Sequence record: OK335775.1
Source of the DNA: Escherichia phage PSD2002
DNA length: 64,000 nucleotides
Direction: 5' to 3' (one strand)
Shown: positions 18,978-28,196 of the stretch, one piece after another
Layout: the number at the start of each line of letters is the position of its first letter
How positions within the stretch are numbered: the stretch's first letter is position 1
The notes under the pieces: model-generated
Seen by the model: the letters and a program-made list of their open reading frames with translations, nothing else
Database searches by the model: none
Told to the model about the DNA's origin: nothing
Program-made: the position numbers and the translations under genes

Positions 18978-19376
18978 ATGAATATCGAAGATAAAGAAAT
19001 GCAAGAGTTGTATAATTCATTAACACCTGAACAACAAAAATATGCCAAAGAACTAGAGAAAGCTCTTACTTTCAACTTGGCAAAAACTGATTGGGCCGCG
19101 ATGTATGAAGAAAAAACTAGATTAGAAATTGAAGCTGCTGAGAGAAATGAATGGGTTGTCGAAACCAAGATTTCTGATGGTGGTTGCTCTGTTGAGGTGT
19201 CAGCTGTAGTTAAAGGTACCCATGGCGAAAAATCATGGGGCTGGCATAATGAAGCAAACAAATGTATTGTTCTCTCAACGTCAAAAACTTATGGGCAAAG
19301 GGCTCCTGTATCCAAAGCTATTATTAAGCAAGCTCAATGGGAAGCCAATGAAATTTGCCTCGCAAAAATGAAATAA
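18978..19376 (+). CDS. hypothetical protein
   Basis: 132-aa ORF with TGAGGAG SD. Confidence 0.5.
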   Translation: MNIEDKEMQELYNSLTPEQQKYAKELEKALTFNLAKTDWAAMYEEKTRLEIEAAERNEWVVETKISDGGCSVEVSAVVKGTHGEKSWGWHNEANKCIVLSTSKTYGQRAPVSKAIIKQAQWEANEICLAKMK

Positions 19377-19380
19377 AAAT

Positions 19381-19410
19381 GTTTACAACCCTCAGAGGAC
19401 AGGGTATAAT
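19381..19410 (+). promoter_or_regulatory. early-type promoter with -10 TATAAT inside an inverted repeat
   Basis: GTTTAC ... GAGGAC-AGGGTATAAT-GTCCTC; a TATAAATC late-like box follows at 19423. Confidence 0.5.
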
Positions 19411-19452
19411 GTCCTCATGGATTATAAATCTTAATCAACTGAAGGAAATACT

Positions 19453-20046
19453 ATGAACACTTTAAAGAAAATCGTTGAATTCATCCGTTCTAAACTGGGT
19501 ACCGCAATGACTCAGAACCTGTCAATCGAAGACCAATACACCAAAGCGGCTTCTACCCTGATTGATAAAATCACTGAACTCCAGACTGCTCATGTTAAGT
19601 CTGTGAATGAAGAAAAACGTATTCGTGCTTTGGCTAATGAAAAAGACCAGCTCGCTGCTTCTAAAGAACGTGAAATTCGTAAACTGATTGCCGAAGGCTC
19701 TGATGTCCAGGTACATGCTAAACTCGGCCTCCTTTATCGTCGTACGGCTACTCAACTTCGTAAGAAAGCTGATGATTATGTTGAAATGCGTAATGAAATT
19801 AAACTGAAGGTTAAGGAACTTGATGACTCTCGTCAGGAACTGGCTGTTAAGCTCGAGTACATCCGTGAAACTCGTAATATGGCTGCCCTTGGTATTGCTA
19901 CTGCCGATGATGTTGTTGAAATCGCTGCACTGACTAAGATTGATATTGAAGACACCCTACTGCGTGTAGAAACGTTTAAAGGCCCACAAGTTGGAATGGA
20001 TACGACTTCTGCCGATATCGAAGACTACATTAATTCACTTAAGTAA
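19453..20046 (+). CDS. coiled-coil protein
   Basis: 197 aa; long heptad-like helical segments; no fold assignment made. Confidence 0.5.
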   Translation: MNTLKKIVEFIRSKLGTAMTQNLSIEDQYTKAASTLIDKITELQTAHVKSVNEEKRIRALANEKDQLAASKEREIRKLIAEGSDVQVHAKLGLLYRRTATQLRKKADDYVEMRNEIKLKVKELDDSRQELAVKLEYIRETRNMAALGIATADDVVEIAALTKIDIEDTLLRVETFKGPQVGMDTTSADIEDYINSLK

Positions 20047-20054
20047 TGTTACCG

Positions 20055-20072
20055 GGAGACTTCGGTCTCCCT
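20055..20072 (+). other. UUCG-loop hairpin
   Basis: GGGAGAC-TTCG-GTCTCCC directly after the stop codon; weak T-tract. Confidence 0.4.
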
Positions 20073-20094
20073 ATTTGGAGGAGAGGAGAATATT

Positions 20095-20631
20095 ATGAGT
20101 TTATATGATAACCTTATATCAAATATTGATTGGTTTAAAAATAGTGGTCTTTCCCATGAAACCAATTCAGTTCTTTATAGAATTCGCCAAGACCTAGGCT
20201 ATTCAAACGATTTCTTAAGCAGAACATCTAGCCGTGGGCATACTACCAAATTACCCTTTATCTTTGCTTTAGCTGAGGACCTTTCTTTTGCAGATGCTTT
20301 AGAAATTATTGACCTTGAATTAGGTATACAACGTGTGGAGTTCGCTGGGCTACGCTATTCAGTATACTCTTTAAATGAACCAAGCGATTATAAACAGCTT
20401 GTTGATGCCGACGATGATTACCATTTAGTATGCTATTTGATGTTAGAAAATGGTGACCACTTTGGTATGGTCGACCGCCGCCCGAGTTATTCGGATATTA
20501 AAAATTACGATAAAGATGAGCTTATTATTTTAGCCAATGAGTATACATCAGAGATTCGTAAACAACAACGTAAACTTAATCGTTTTATTACTGAATGTCG
20601 CGAATACGCTAAAGAGGTTCAAAATGCATAA
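20095..20631 (+). CDS. hypothetical protein
   Basis: 178-aa ORF with GGAGGAGAGGAG SD region. Confidence 0.5.
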   Translation: MSLYDNLISNIDWFKNSGLSHETNSVLYRIRQDLGYSNDFLSRTSSRGHTTKLPFIFALAEDLSFADALEIIDLELGIQRVEFAGLRYSVYSLNEPSDYKQLVDADDDYHLVCYLMLENGDHFGMVDRRPSYSDIKNYDKDELIILANEYTSEIRKQQRKLNRFITECREYAKEVQNA

Positions 20632-20977
20632 GCCTAGTAAAACCGACCCTGGTTACGCATTAGCAGATTATGATATAGCTATTTCCTTATTCCTCGGCAT
20701 TGCTACTAGTATGACTGCAGGGATAATTGGATTTCTTGTCGGTGGGATTATTAATGGTATGCCTCGCCATCCGTTTGAAGATATGAGCCTTGCATGGATT
20801 TGGGTTCCGGCTTTAATAGGATTTTTTATCCCATGGGTCTTTGATATTGCCCAAACTAATAAAATAAACAAGCCACGTAAAAAGAGATATGCTTTAGCTA
20901 TGGCTAATTATAATGAGTATGTAAAACAAACTAAACGTAATGACCTTGAAACCTTTATTAAGGAATGTAAATCATGA
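20624..20977 (+). CDS. membrane protein (two predicted TM segments)
   Basis: ATG after AAAGAGG; hydrophobic segments ISLFLGIATSMTAGIIGFLVGGII and IWVPALIGFFIPWVF. Confidence 0.5.
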   Translation: MHKPSKTDPGYALADYDIAISLFLGIATSMTAGIIGFLVGGIINGMPRHPFEDMSLAWIWVPALIGFFIPWVFDIAQTNKINKPRKKRYALAMANYNEYVKQTKRNDLETFIKECKS

Positions 20978-21264
20978 ATAAAATTGAAATTGAAATCCCG
21001 GAACACAATGACGAGAAATCTGCAGAAAAGGCTATATATGCTCTTCTGAATAAAGCGAATACCATCGAATATGAATGTGAAGCTATTGCCGATAAGTATG
21101 GTATCCAATTCGGTACCGGTGGTTATGGTTCAGGCCGTACATATTATCCTGTCGGTTATGAATGCTCCCAGTGGTTTAAAGATGAAATTGAAAACAACGG
21201 CGGTGAAGTTGAAAACGGTGTCGTTACAGTTGGTGCTTGGGTCTCCTCTTCGGCAATGTGCTAA
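20974..21264 (+). CDS. small acidic protein, C-terminal WVSSSAMC (paralog 1 of 4)
   Basis: Tandem family sharing a W-x-x-S-S-x-x-C terminus; ATGA overlap with the upstream gene. Confidence 0.55.
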   Translation: MNKIEIEIPEHNDEKSAEKAIYALLNKANTIEYECEAIADKYGIQFGTGGYGSGRTYYPVGYECSQWFKDEIENNGGEVENGVVTVGAWVSSSAMC

Positions 21265-21273
21265 GGAAACGCT

Positions 21274-21555
21274 ATGATGAATGATTACCGTAAAAATAAA
21301 GAGCTGGCTGACGCAGTAAATGATATCCATAAAGCTATTCGTCGTGCCGAGGAAATTGCTAACAAATATGAGACTCATTTTAATATATACCCTGCTCGCG
21401 GTATGGGCGGTGACTATTATTCTCCTGGCGCCCTGAAAGCCGACCTTGCCCACTGGGAAGAATACGGTGAAGCTCAGTACGCTATTGTAAACCAACATGA
21501 TTACACTACCAGCCTAGAAAATGGTGGTTGGGTGTCCTCTTCTTCTGAATGTTAA
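21274..21555 (+). CDS. small acidic protein, C-terminal WVSSSSEC (paralog 2 of 4)
   Basis: Same family; SD AAGGAAA. Confidence 0.55.
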   Translation: MMNDYRKNKELADAVNDIHKAIRRAEEIANKYETHFNIYPARGMGGDYYSPGALKADLAHWEEYGEAQYAIVNQHDYTTSLENGGWVSSSSEC

Positions 21556-21564
21556 GGAAATAAA

Positions 21565-21777
21565 ATGACTATTGATGAAATTGAAAACCAAATCCGTGAA
21601 TTAGTACGTAAAGGCCAGTCTGTGGCTGACGAAACGGGTGAAGAGTTCCGTGTTTCTGGTCGTGGAGAATACATTTCTCCAAAGAACCCGGAATATGATG
21701 ATTACGAATGGGTCCGTGATGACTACGGTATTCCGGAAGGTGAAGGTTTCTGGTTTACATCCTCTATGTCTTGCTAA
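21565..21777 (+). CDS. small acidic protein, C-terminal WFTSSMSC (paralog 3 of 4)
   Basis: Same family; SD AAGGAAA. Confidence 0.5.
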   Translation: MTIDEIENQIRELVRKGQSVADETGEEFRVSGRGEYISPKNPEYDDYEWVRDDYGIPEGEGFWFTSSMSC

Positions 21778-21788
21778 GGTGATAAAAA

Positions 21789-22013
21789 ATGTCTGATATT
21801 AATGAATTAGAAAAAGCTGCACTTGAACTGGCTGCACTGTATAAGAAAGTAAAAGATATGGCTTCTGCTCAAAGTTTTGGTGTTGAGCTCGACGATTATG
21901 ACGGTGAAGTTCGTCTCGAAGATTGGCTGAATAGCTCGTGTTATGGCGAAGAAGCTGGTCGCACCTTCGTTGCTCAGGCCGATGGTAAAATCTGGTATCC
22001 GAGCTCATGCTAA
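21789..22013 (+). CDS. small acidic protein, C-terminal WYPSSC (paralog 4 of 4)
   Basis: Same family; SD AAGGTGA. Confidence 0.5.
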   Translation: MSDINELEKAALELAALYKKVKDMASAQSFGVELDDYDGEVRLEDWLNSSCYGEEAGRTFVAQADGKIWYPSSC

Positions 22014-22234
22014 AATTAAAGAAAAGATACATTCGTAAAATAAATGGTCTTCGCGATTATGCCAAAGGTTGGCCGTTAAGTATTATTATGGCTGATAGAC
22101 ACCCGCGTTATAATACTGAGATGACTTATTACAAAAAGTACGATTCATATTGTCGGTCTAAAGCAGGTCGTTTAGATGGTTCTTATGAAGACTATTTCGG
22201 TAAAAAACCTACTCGTATTTCGTTAGGAAAATAA
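22007..22234 (+). CDS. hypothetical basic protein
   Basis: 75-aa ORF overlapping the upstream stop. Confidence 0.4.
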   Translation: MLKLKKRYIRKINGLRDYAKGWPLSIIMADRHPRYNTEMTYYKKYDSYCRSKAGRLDGSYEDYFGKKPTRISLGK

Positions 22235-22264
22235 TTTAACCACATGGATGTGGTAGGAGGACTT

Positions 22265-22594
22265 ATGCATAAAGATTCAGTATTCAAATATCTTTTGAAA
22301 ACAAATAAAGAATTCTATATGAATGGACAGGCCTTCTTGTTCGTTCGTGGTAAACGTGAGATGTTTTACAAATGCGACCTCTCAATGCACCATCATATGT
22401 ATCACACCCGCGGTGAGCCTATACTGGGGTTCTCTGGTGACGAGACTAGACACATAGCTATGTACTACGACCATTTTAAGCTCAATGATTGTGGTGACAA
22501 CGCTTTGGTCTGGAATCCATCTTGGTGTCGTTGGGATACGGTAGACAACGATAAATTATTTTTAGAATATTGCAGAAGCGATGTACAACTCTAA
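22265..22594 (+). CDS. hypothetical protein
   Basis: ATG preceded by GTAGGAGG. Confidence 0.45.
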   Translation: MHKDSVFKYLLKTNKEFYMNGQAFLFVRGKREMFYKCDLSMHHHMYHTRGEPILGFSGDETRHIAMYYDHFKLNDCGDNALVWNPSWCRWDTVDNDKLFLEYCRSDVQL

Positions 22595-22637
22595 AAATAC
22601 GTGTTACTATTACCCTACACAAACATGAGGAGAACAT

Positions 22638-22877
22638 ATGTGGTATTACGCTCCGATGTCCGATAAGTCTAATGAACCGGTACGCATTACTCGCGCCAAG
22701 TTTAAAAAGATTTATGGCTTCTCTTATAAGAAGTCTGATTACGGTGTTCGTTTTGAAGATGCCCACTGTATCAATGACCCTTATGCTGAAGAAATCTCTA
22801 ATGAGATAATTCCTATCATTAAGAATAATTCTGATGATATGTGGGAATTGCATAACGATTACGTCGCTGAAATTTAA
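22638..22877 (+). CDS. hypothetical protein
   Basis: ATG after GAGGAGA; promoter-like TGTTACTAT box upstream. Confidence 0.45.
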   Translation: MWYYAPMSDKSNEPVRITRAKFKKIYGFSYKKSDYGVRFEDAHCINDPYAEEISNEIIPIIKNNSDDMWELHNDYVAEI

Positions 22878-22896
22878 GTTTACTGAGGAAAATATT

Positions 22897-23856
22897 ATGA
22901 TGTTAGTTATTGGTTCTCGTGCACTGCACCACGCTGGTTTGATTGAAAGTAAGCATATCGAAAATTCTGATTGGGATTTCATTGCCGACCAAGGCTCATG
23001 GAATCACTTTAAAGCACGTATGTTCGGCGCCCATGTACACGTTGACAATCCTGATGTCCAGGCTTTTAAATGCATGTACAACGGTAAAGAAACCTATTTT
23101 GAAGCATATATCGTTCGTGCTCTGACTAACGTACGAGAAATTACCGGCGAGCTTCAAGACGAAGATTTCACTTCAAGCTATCGTCTCCTGAAATATGCTG
23201 AAAATCATATTAAAAAGGACCGTCTTACTGGTTTCTATTGGGCCACCCTTGATATCTGTCTGGCTATCAAAACCTCTCATCGTTTCCTTAAGAATAATCC
23301 GTTCTTCTTGAAAACTATGTCACACATCAAATACCTTCGTAATAAAGGTATCACCCTTAACGAAGAACTCCAGGAAATTATGCTGCAACGTCAAAAAGAA
23401 ACGTTGAGCTATTCTCACCCTAAATTGGACGTAAACAAATCATCGTTCTTTAATGATACCATTTATACGCTGGACCATGACTCTATTCATGAAGCAGTGG
23501 CATTGGCAGGGCGCCCTGCATATACCTTTTATATGAAGGAAGGTTCTGAAGTCATGACCTCTCGTGAGAAGTTCGAGGCTTTGCCTGAAGCTATTAAACT
23601 GGCTGGTGTATATGAAGAAACTTGTGTCCTGGCACTAGAACGTTCACAGGTTCCTAATGACTTCAATATTTCACCATCATTAAGTTTTTATATGGCTCTT
23701 GAGAAAGTGTGTACCTCAATCACTTCAGGTTGGTTCCGCGAGTACGCCTGGGAAAACTACCAAGCTGTAGTGAATATGTATAAGACTTTAGGTGAAAACG
23801 ACTACATTGAACGGTTTAAGCGTAACCAACATTTAATTCGTCCTTTCGAAAAATAA
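22897..23856 (+). CDS. hypothetical protein (319 aa)
   Basis: ATG after TGAGGAAAA; N-terminal IGSRALHHAG...SDWDF faintly resembles a nucleotidyltransferase GS...D.D motif (weak). Confidence 0.5.
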   Translation: MMLVIGSRALHHAGLIESKHIENSDWDFIADQGSWNHFKARMFGAHVHVDNPDVQAFKCMYNGKETYFEAYIVRALTNVREITGELQDEDFTSSYRLLKYAENHIKKDRLTGFYWATLDICLAIKTSHRFLKNNPFFLKTMSHIKYLRNKGITLNEELQEIMLQRQKETLSYSHPKLDVNKSSFFNDTIYTLDHDSIHEAVALAGRPAYTFYMKEGSEVMTSREKFEALPEAIKLAGVYEETCVLALERSQVPNDFNISPSLSFYMALEKVCTSITSGWFREYAWENYQAVVNMYKTLGENDYIERFKRNQHLIRPFEK

Positions 23857-23868
23857 TTGCACAAAACA

Positions 23869-23897
23869 GTGTACAAGGTCTATAGGTGTGATACTAT
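23869..23897 (+). promoter_or_regulatory. T4-type early promoter cassette (variant -35 GTGTAC)
   Basis: GTGTAC ... TGATACTATAGACCTATCAAAACAAC plus conserved leader GAGTGAAATGGAGAATAAAATG. Confidence 0.55.
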
Positions 23898-23934
23898 AGA
23901 CCTATCAAAACAACAGAGTGAAATGGAGAATAAA

Positions 23935-24147
23935 ATGAAACTTTCTAACCAAGCAATCAACATGTTAAACGAAGTTCGTGCAGCTGGTGCTAAATGCCTG
24001 ATGGTTAACACTCGTGACGGTGACCTTCGTCAAGCATTTGGTGAATTGAAATCTGCTGACCTGGTTAAATGTTCAGTTGGTATTGGTAACGCACTTCGTG
24101 TATCCTTATCCCCTAAAGGTAAAATGTACTTTTTCAACAAAAAGTAA
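23935..24147 (+). CDS. hypothetical small protein
   Basis: ATG after GGAGAATAAA in the conserved leader. Confidence 0.45.
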   Translation: MKLSNQAINMLNEVRAAGAKCLMVNTRDGDLRQAFGELKSADLVKCSVGIGNALRVSLSPKGKMYFFNKK

Positions 24148-24161
24148 GTGAGGAAAATATT

Positions 24162-24848
24162 ATGAATAGTTCTAAAGTGTTTAATAGTCAAGCTCGTGCA
24201 GTAGGCGGTTTTGCTCATGCAATTAAAAACGACCAGATTAAAAACGAGCCTATGTTCTTTAACTGCGATTTGAATTTTGCTTTTGATAATGGCGGCCCAA
24301 TTACTCGTAGCTTTATCCAAAATCTTCCTGACGATTGGAAAGACTCGGATGTAGTATTTGATTCCCGTGTACACATGTTAATGCCTGGCTGGTACCCTGC
24401 AATTCCAGGCTTCCACCATGATGATGTACCACGCCCGGATATTCCGGTGGGTCAACACTTTATTACCGCAGGGCAACCTGATTATGATAATCCTCGATAC
24501 CATTCTGAACATATTCTTGGTCTTGTTAACGCTGATGTGTGTCCTACTCATTTTGCAACCGGAACTGCACAGTTCAGTCAGATTCCTGAAGGCGAACTTA
24601 TCTATCGCCAGTGGCATAAAGAAGTTCTGGAAAAAATTGAGTCCAATGAATTAACCAAGTGGAATGCTCCTGACCGCACGTTGCTCCAGTTTGATTGGCA
24701 GACATGGCATACAGGTTCTCGTGCAGTAAGTAATGGGTGGCGCTGGTTTGGTCGTGTGTCTCGTAATACAGACCGTGTTAAAAAGATTACAAATGAAATC
24801 CGCGTTAATGCTCAAGTATATCTGGAATTCCCTATGGAGGGCTGGTAA
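24162..24848 (+). CDS. hypothetical protein (228 aa)
   Basis: ORF with TGAGGAAAA SD; His/Asp-rich segment PGFHHDDVP; function unknown. Confidence 0.5.
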   Translation: MNSSKVFNSQARAVGGFAHAIKNDQIKNEPMFFNCDLNFAFDNGGPITRSFIQNLPDDWKDSDVVFDSRVHMLMPGWYPAIPGFHHDDVPRPDIPVGQHFITAGQPDYDNPRYHSEHILGLVNADVCPTHFATGTAQFSQIPEGELIYRQWHKEVLEKIESNELTKWNAPDRTLLQFDWQTWHTGSRAVSNGWRWFGRVSRNTDRVKKITNEIRVNAQVYLEFPMEGW

Positions 24849-25435
24849 TGGCCCTTTATGAACCTGGTTGTATGGGTATTGATACAAACTTCATCCGTCG
24901 GTCGGAAAATGCTGGAATTATTATCCCAAGTGGTGAGAATATGATTATTAAAAAGTCCTGGCGAAATATCGATGACGGTGATGAAGGAATTTCAGCCAGT
25001 ACAATAGATTGGTCAGGTTGTACTGCCGAAATGAAACAGCTTTTAATTGAGGAATATAAAATGGGCTATATCGTAAACGGCTGGCAAGCGGAACCACATA
25101 AAGAACAGACTCCAGACCCATTGATTTGTTATAGCAAAAAATACGGCTTCCGTGCCTGGAGTGATGAATACGACAAATTGGTGAGTTCTAGATTCTATGT
25201 TTGGATGGGTATATTATTTTTCCCACTCCTAGGGTTTTTCCTGACAACAGATAATGACCTGCCTATTTGTGTATTCGCTTCAGCGATGTCTGCTGCTATC
25301 TTAGGTCTTATCGCATCATTTTTATGGACCTCTGTTATCGAAGTACCTTTTCGTATTTCTAAAGTTAAAAAGGTATATGACGATATCACTAAGAAAAATA
25401 CATTAAACTCTTTTATTAAGGAATGCCGTAAATGA
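24848..25435 (+). CDS. membrane protein (N-terminal soluble domain, C-terminal two TM segments)
   Basis: TM segments FYVWMGILFFPLLGFFL and AILGLIASFLWTSVI; C-terminus FIKECRK paralogous to the 20624 gene. Confidence 0.5.
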   Translation: MALYEPGCMGIDTNFIRRSENAGIIIPSGENMIIKKSWRNIDDGDEGISASTIDWSGCTAEMKQLLIEEYKMGYIVNGWQAEPHKEQTPDPLICYSKKYGFRAWSDEYDKLVSSRFYVWMGILFFPLLGFFLTTDNDLPICVFASAMSAAILGLIASFLWTSVIEVPFRISKVKKVYDDITKKNTLNSFIKECRK

Positions 25436-25668
25436 GCATTGCAATTTATATTAAATCTGAGTCATGTGATTCTTATCTGTATTCCTATGATACCGGAACA
25501 TCAGAAGAGAAAATTAAAGAAGACTTAGAAAGCGATATGGATATGTTCTGTCCTATTGGTGACTATATGCTTCAAGTGTCTGATAGTGAAAGTCCATCAT
25601 CAGAAAATAGACTTCAAATTATTATGCAAGATATTTTTAAACAATCATGGGAACGAGACGATGAGTAA
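25432..25668 (+). CDS. small acidic protein
   Basis: 78 aa, rich in D/E/S; start and stop overlap the neighbouring genes. Confidence 0.4.
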   Translation: MSIAIYIKSESCDSYLYSYDTGTSEEKIKEDLESDMDMFCPIGDYMLQVSDSESPSSENRLQIIMQDIFKQSWERDDE

Positions 25669-26110
25669 GAAAGTGAAAGAACTATCTGCCGGTATTTTAT
25701 TCATGACCGTTGATAAAGAACTGGTCATGGGCCGTGTAACAGGCTCTCGTAATCCAGAGAATATGCGTCATAAATGGGACATTCCTAAGGGTCATGTCGA
25801 ACCAGGCGAAGAGCCTATTCAAGCGGCAATGCGCGAAACCGAAGAAGAGATTGGATTCACAGCATACGATCCTGCGTTCCTGAAAGACCTAGGTGAGTTC
25901 AAATATTCAAGCAATAAGAATCTACATCTGTTCTTATATACAGTGCCTGTGGAACACGAGCAGTTCAAGGATTGCAAATGTACGGCTTACCATACGTTCC
26001 CTGATGGTCGTACTATTCCTGAATTCGATGCTTTTGCCTTGATTAAACGGCCACAATGGGAATATGTCATGGGCCCGTCGATGTTTAAGGTTTTGGATTC
26101 ACTCTTTTGA
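25661..26110 (+). CDS. nudE: Nudix hydrolase NudE
   Basis: Nudix box GHVEPGEEPIQAAMRETEEEIGF; directly upstream of lysozyme e. Confidence 0.8.
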   Translation: MSKKVKELSAGILFMTVDKELVMGRVTGSRNPENMRHKWDIPKGHVEPGEEPIQAAMRETEEEIGFTAYDPAFLKDLGEFKYSSNKNLHLFLYTVPVEHEQFKDCKCTAYHTFPDGRTIPEFDAFALIKRPQWEYVMGPSMFKVLDSLF

Positions 26111-26137
26111 TATAAATACCTCCTATACTCAGGAGGT
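26111..26137 (+). promoter_or_regulatory. late promoter TATAAATA plus SD-sequestering hairpin upstream of gene e
   Basis: TATAAATA at 26111-26118; ACCTCCT (26118-26124) pairs with AGGAGGT (26131-26137), which contains the SD. Confidence 0.6.
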
Positions 26138-26140
26138 ATT

Positions 26141-26635
26141 ATGGATATTTTTGATATGTTACGTCAAGACGAAGGTCTTGATTTAAATCTTTATAAAGAC
26201 ACTGAAGGTTATTGGACTATTGGCATTGGCCAATTGATTACTAAGAACCCTTCTAAAGATGTTGCTCGTGCTGAACTTGATAAGCTTATGGGTCGAGTTT
26301 GTAATGGTCGTATTACTATGGCTGAAGCTGAACAACTCTTTAACCGATCGGTTGAAAATGCTCGTAGAGCTATTCTGCGTAATCCTAAATTGAAACCTGT
26401 TTATGATGTACTGGACGAAGTTCGTCGTTGTGCTTTAATTAACATGGTCTTCCAAATGGGTGAAGCAGGCGTAGCAGGGTTCACCAACTCTTTACGTATG
26501 CTCCAACAGAAACGTTGGAACGATGCGGCAGTTAACCTGGCTCAATCCCGTTGGTATAAACAAACTCCTAATCGTGCTAAGCGCGTGATTTCAACATTTA
26601 AAACAGGTACTTGGAAAGCATATGAAAACTTATAA
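26141..26635 (+). CDS. e: lysozyme (endolysin) E
   Basis: 164 aa; closely resembles T4 lysozyme, including E11, D20, T26 and [41 protein letters not shown]. Confidence 0.95.
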   Translation: MDIFDMLRQDEGLDLNLYKDTEGYWTIGIGQLITKNPSKDVARAELDKLMGRVCNGRITMAEAEQLFNRSVENARRAILRNPKLKPVYDVLDEVRRCALINMVFQMGEAGVAGFTNSLRMLQQKRWNDAAVNLAQSRWYKQTPNRAKRVISTFKTGTWKAYENL

Positions 26636-27020
26636 TGAATTTATCGCAGAGAATGTAATTCCTGCATCTAAAGAACTTTTGGCGATGTTTGAATCTGAAG
26701 AGTTCACTGAAGAACTGAATGAGAACTTGACCCAGGCCACTCCTCAGGTTATTCGCGTTCGTAATGCCCTTCAGACAGGCATGCAGGCTCGTGTATCTAA
26801 GACTATGAAGCTAGCATTCACCACTTCTAAAAATGAAGACTACGGTGATGGTATTGCAATGAACACTGGACAGTATTATGTTGAGTGGAATGGCGAAACC
26901 GGTACTGCTAAGATTCGCCAAACCAGAGCAGCGGGTGGTAAAATGTTGGACATTAAACTGAACGTTAAAGAGAAAGACGTCGCGGCTTTGTTCAAGAATT
27001 GGATGAAGACCCATAAATAA
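26622..27020 (+). CDS. internal protein (IPII/IPIII-like)
   Basis: Starts [12 protein letters not shown]; located between e and denV as ipIII/ipII are in T4. Confidence 0.6.
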   Translation: MKTYNEFIAENVIPASKELLAMFESEEFTEELNENLTQATPQVIRVRNALQTGMQARVSKTMKLAFTTSKNEDYGDGIAMNTGQYYVEWNGETGTAKIRQTRAAGGKMLDIKLNVKEKDVAALFKNWMKTHK

Positions 27021-27050
27021 GTTTACATCTCCTAGAATTGTGATAGTATA
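27021..27050 (+). promoter_or_regulatory. T4-type early promoter cassette
   Basis: GTTTAC ... TGATAGTATA. Confidence 0.5.
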
Positions 27051-27102
27051 TCTACAGTTACTTGAACAGACCAATTAAAATATTTACCTTTAAGGAACCC
27101 GT

Positions 27103-27699
27103 ATGAAAACGTATAAAGAATTTATCGCCGAAGCTTCTGTAGGAAAGGTCCAAGGCATTAATAAAGATGAGTGGACTTACAAAGGAAACGGCGTTGACAA
27201 CCCAGGAAACGGTTTTGACGCTAAAACAGCTCCTATTGAACGGTACTTGGCTACAAAAGCTTCCGACTTTAAAGCTTTCGCCTGGGAAGGACTTCGCTGG
27301 CGTAACGACCTAAATATTGAAGCTGATGGACTTAAATTTGCCCATATCCAAGATGTTGTTGCTAGTAACTTGGACGCAGCTTTTGTTAAAGCTGACGGTG
27401 ACCTTCGTCGCTGGAATTTAAAACTGTTCTCTAAACAGAAAGGCCCGGTGTTTGTACCTAAAGCAGGTAAATGGACTATTGATAATAAATTGGCTAAAGC
27501 AGTTAACTTCGCCGGTCTTGAATTTGCCAAGCATAAATCCGCATGGAAAGGTCTTGATGCAATGACTTTCCGTAAAGAATTTGCTGATGTTATGGTTAAA
27601 GGCGGCTTTAAGGCAGAGATAGATACCTCTAAAGGTACGTTTAAAGACGCTAATATTCAGTACGCTTACGCCGTTGCTAATGCAGCCCGTGGTAATTAA
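27103..27699 (+). CDS. internal protein (IPIII-like)
   Basis: Starts MKTYKEFIAEASVGKV; 198 aa (T4 IPIII is about 194 aa). Confidence 0.6.
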   Translation: MKTYKEFIAEASVGKVQGINKDEWTYKGNGVDNPGNGFDAKTAPIERYLATKASDFKAFAWEGLRWRNDLNIEADGLKFAHIQDVVASNLDAAFVKADGDLRRWNLKLFSKQKGPVFVPKAGKWTIDNKLAKAVNFAGLEFAKHKSAWKGLDAMTFRKEFADVMVKGGFKAEIDTSKGTFKDANIQYAYAVANAARGN

Positions 27700-27723
27700 T
27701 AAAGCCTATACTTGATAAAAGTT

Positions 27724-27774
27724 GTTTACATCTCCTGTAGTCATGATACTATAGACCTATCAACTACAGGAGAT
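27724..27774 (+). promoter_or_regulatory. early promoter / stem-loop cassette (PeSL-like) upstream of denV
   Basis: GTTTAC (27724) ... TGATACTAT (27744); inverted repeat ATCTCCTGTAG (27730-27740) / CTACAGGAGAT (27764-27774) encloses the -10 and sequesters the SD. Confidence 0.6.
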
Positions 27775-27779
27775 TAAAA

Positions 27780-28196
27780 ATGACTCGTATCAACCTTACC
27801 TTAGTATCTGAATTGGCTGACCAACACTTAATGGCTGAATATCGTGAATTACCACGTGTTTTCGGTGCAGTTCGTAAGCATGTTGCTAATGGTAAACGTG
27901 TCCGTGATTTCAAAATCAGTCCTACTTTTATCCTTGGTACAGGTCATGTTACATTCTTTTACGATAAGCTTGAATTTTTACGTAAGCGACAAATTGAGCT
28001 TATAGCCGAATGTTTAAAACGTGGTTTTAATATCAAGGATACTACGGTCCAGGACATTAGTGATATTCCTCAGGAATTCCGTGGCGACTATACTCCACAC
28101 GAAGCTTCTATTGCTATATCTCAGGCCCGTTTGGACGAAAAAATTGCACAACGCCCTACCTGGTACAAACATTATGGTAAGGCGATTTATGCATAA
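27780..28196 (+). CDS. denV: endonuclease V (pyrimidine dimer DNA glycosylase)
   Basis: 138 aa; closely resembles T4 DenV from the N-terminal [31 protein letters not shown] onward. Confidence 0.95.
   Translation: MTRINLTLVSELADQHLMAEYRELPRVFGAVRKHVANGKRVRDFKISPTFILGTGHVTFFYDKLEFLRKRQIELIAECLKRGFNIKDTTVQDISDIPQEFRGDYTPHEASIAISQARLDEKIAQRPTWYKHYGKAIYA

Noticed and set aside
19453-20046. PspA/IM30 (phage-shock protein A) assignment for the 197-aa coiled-coil protein
   Set aside because: Only generic coiled-coil character could be seen by eye, with no diagnostic motif. Left as a coiled-coil protein of unknown function.
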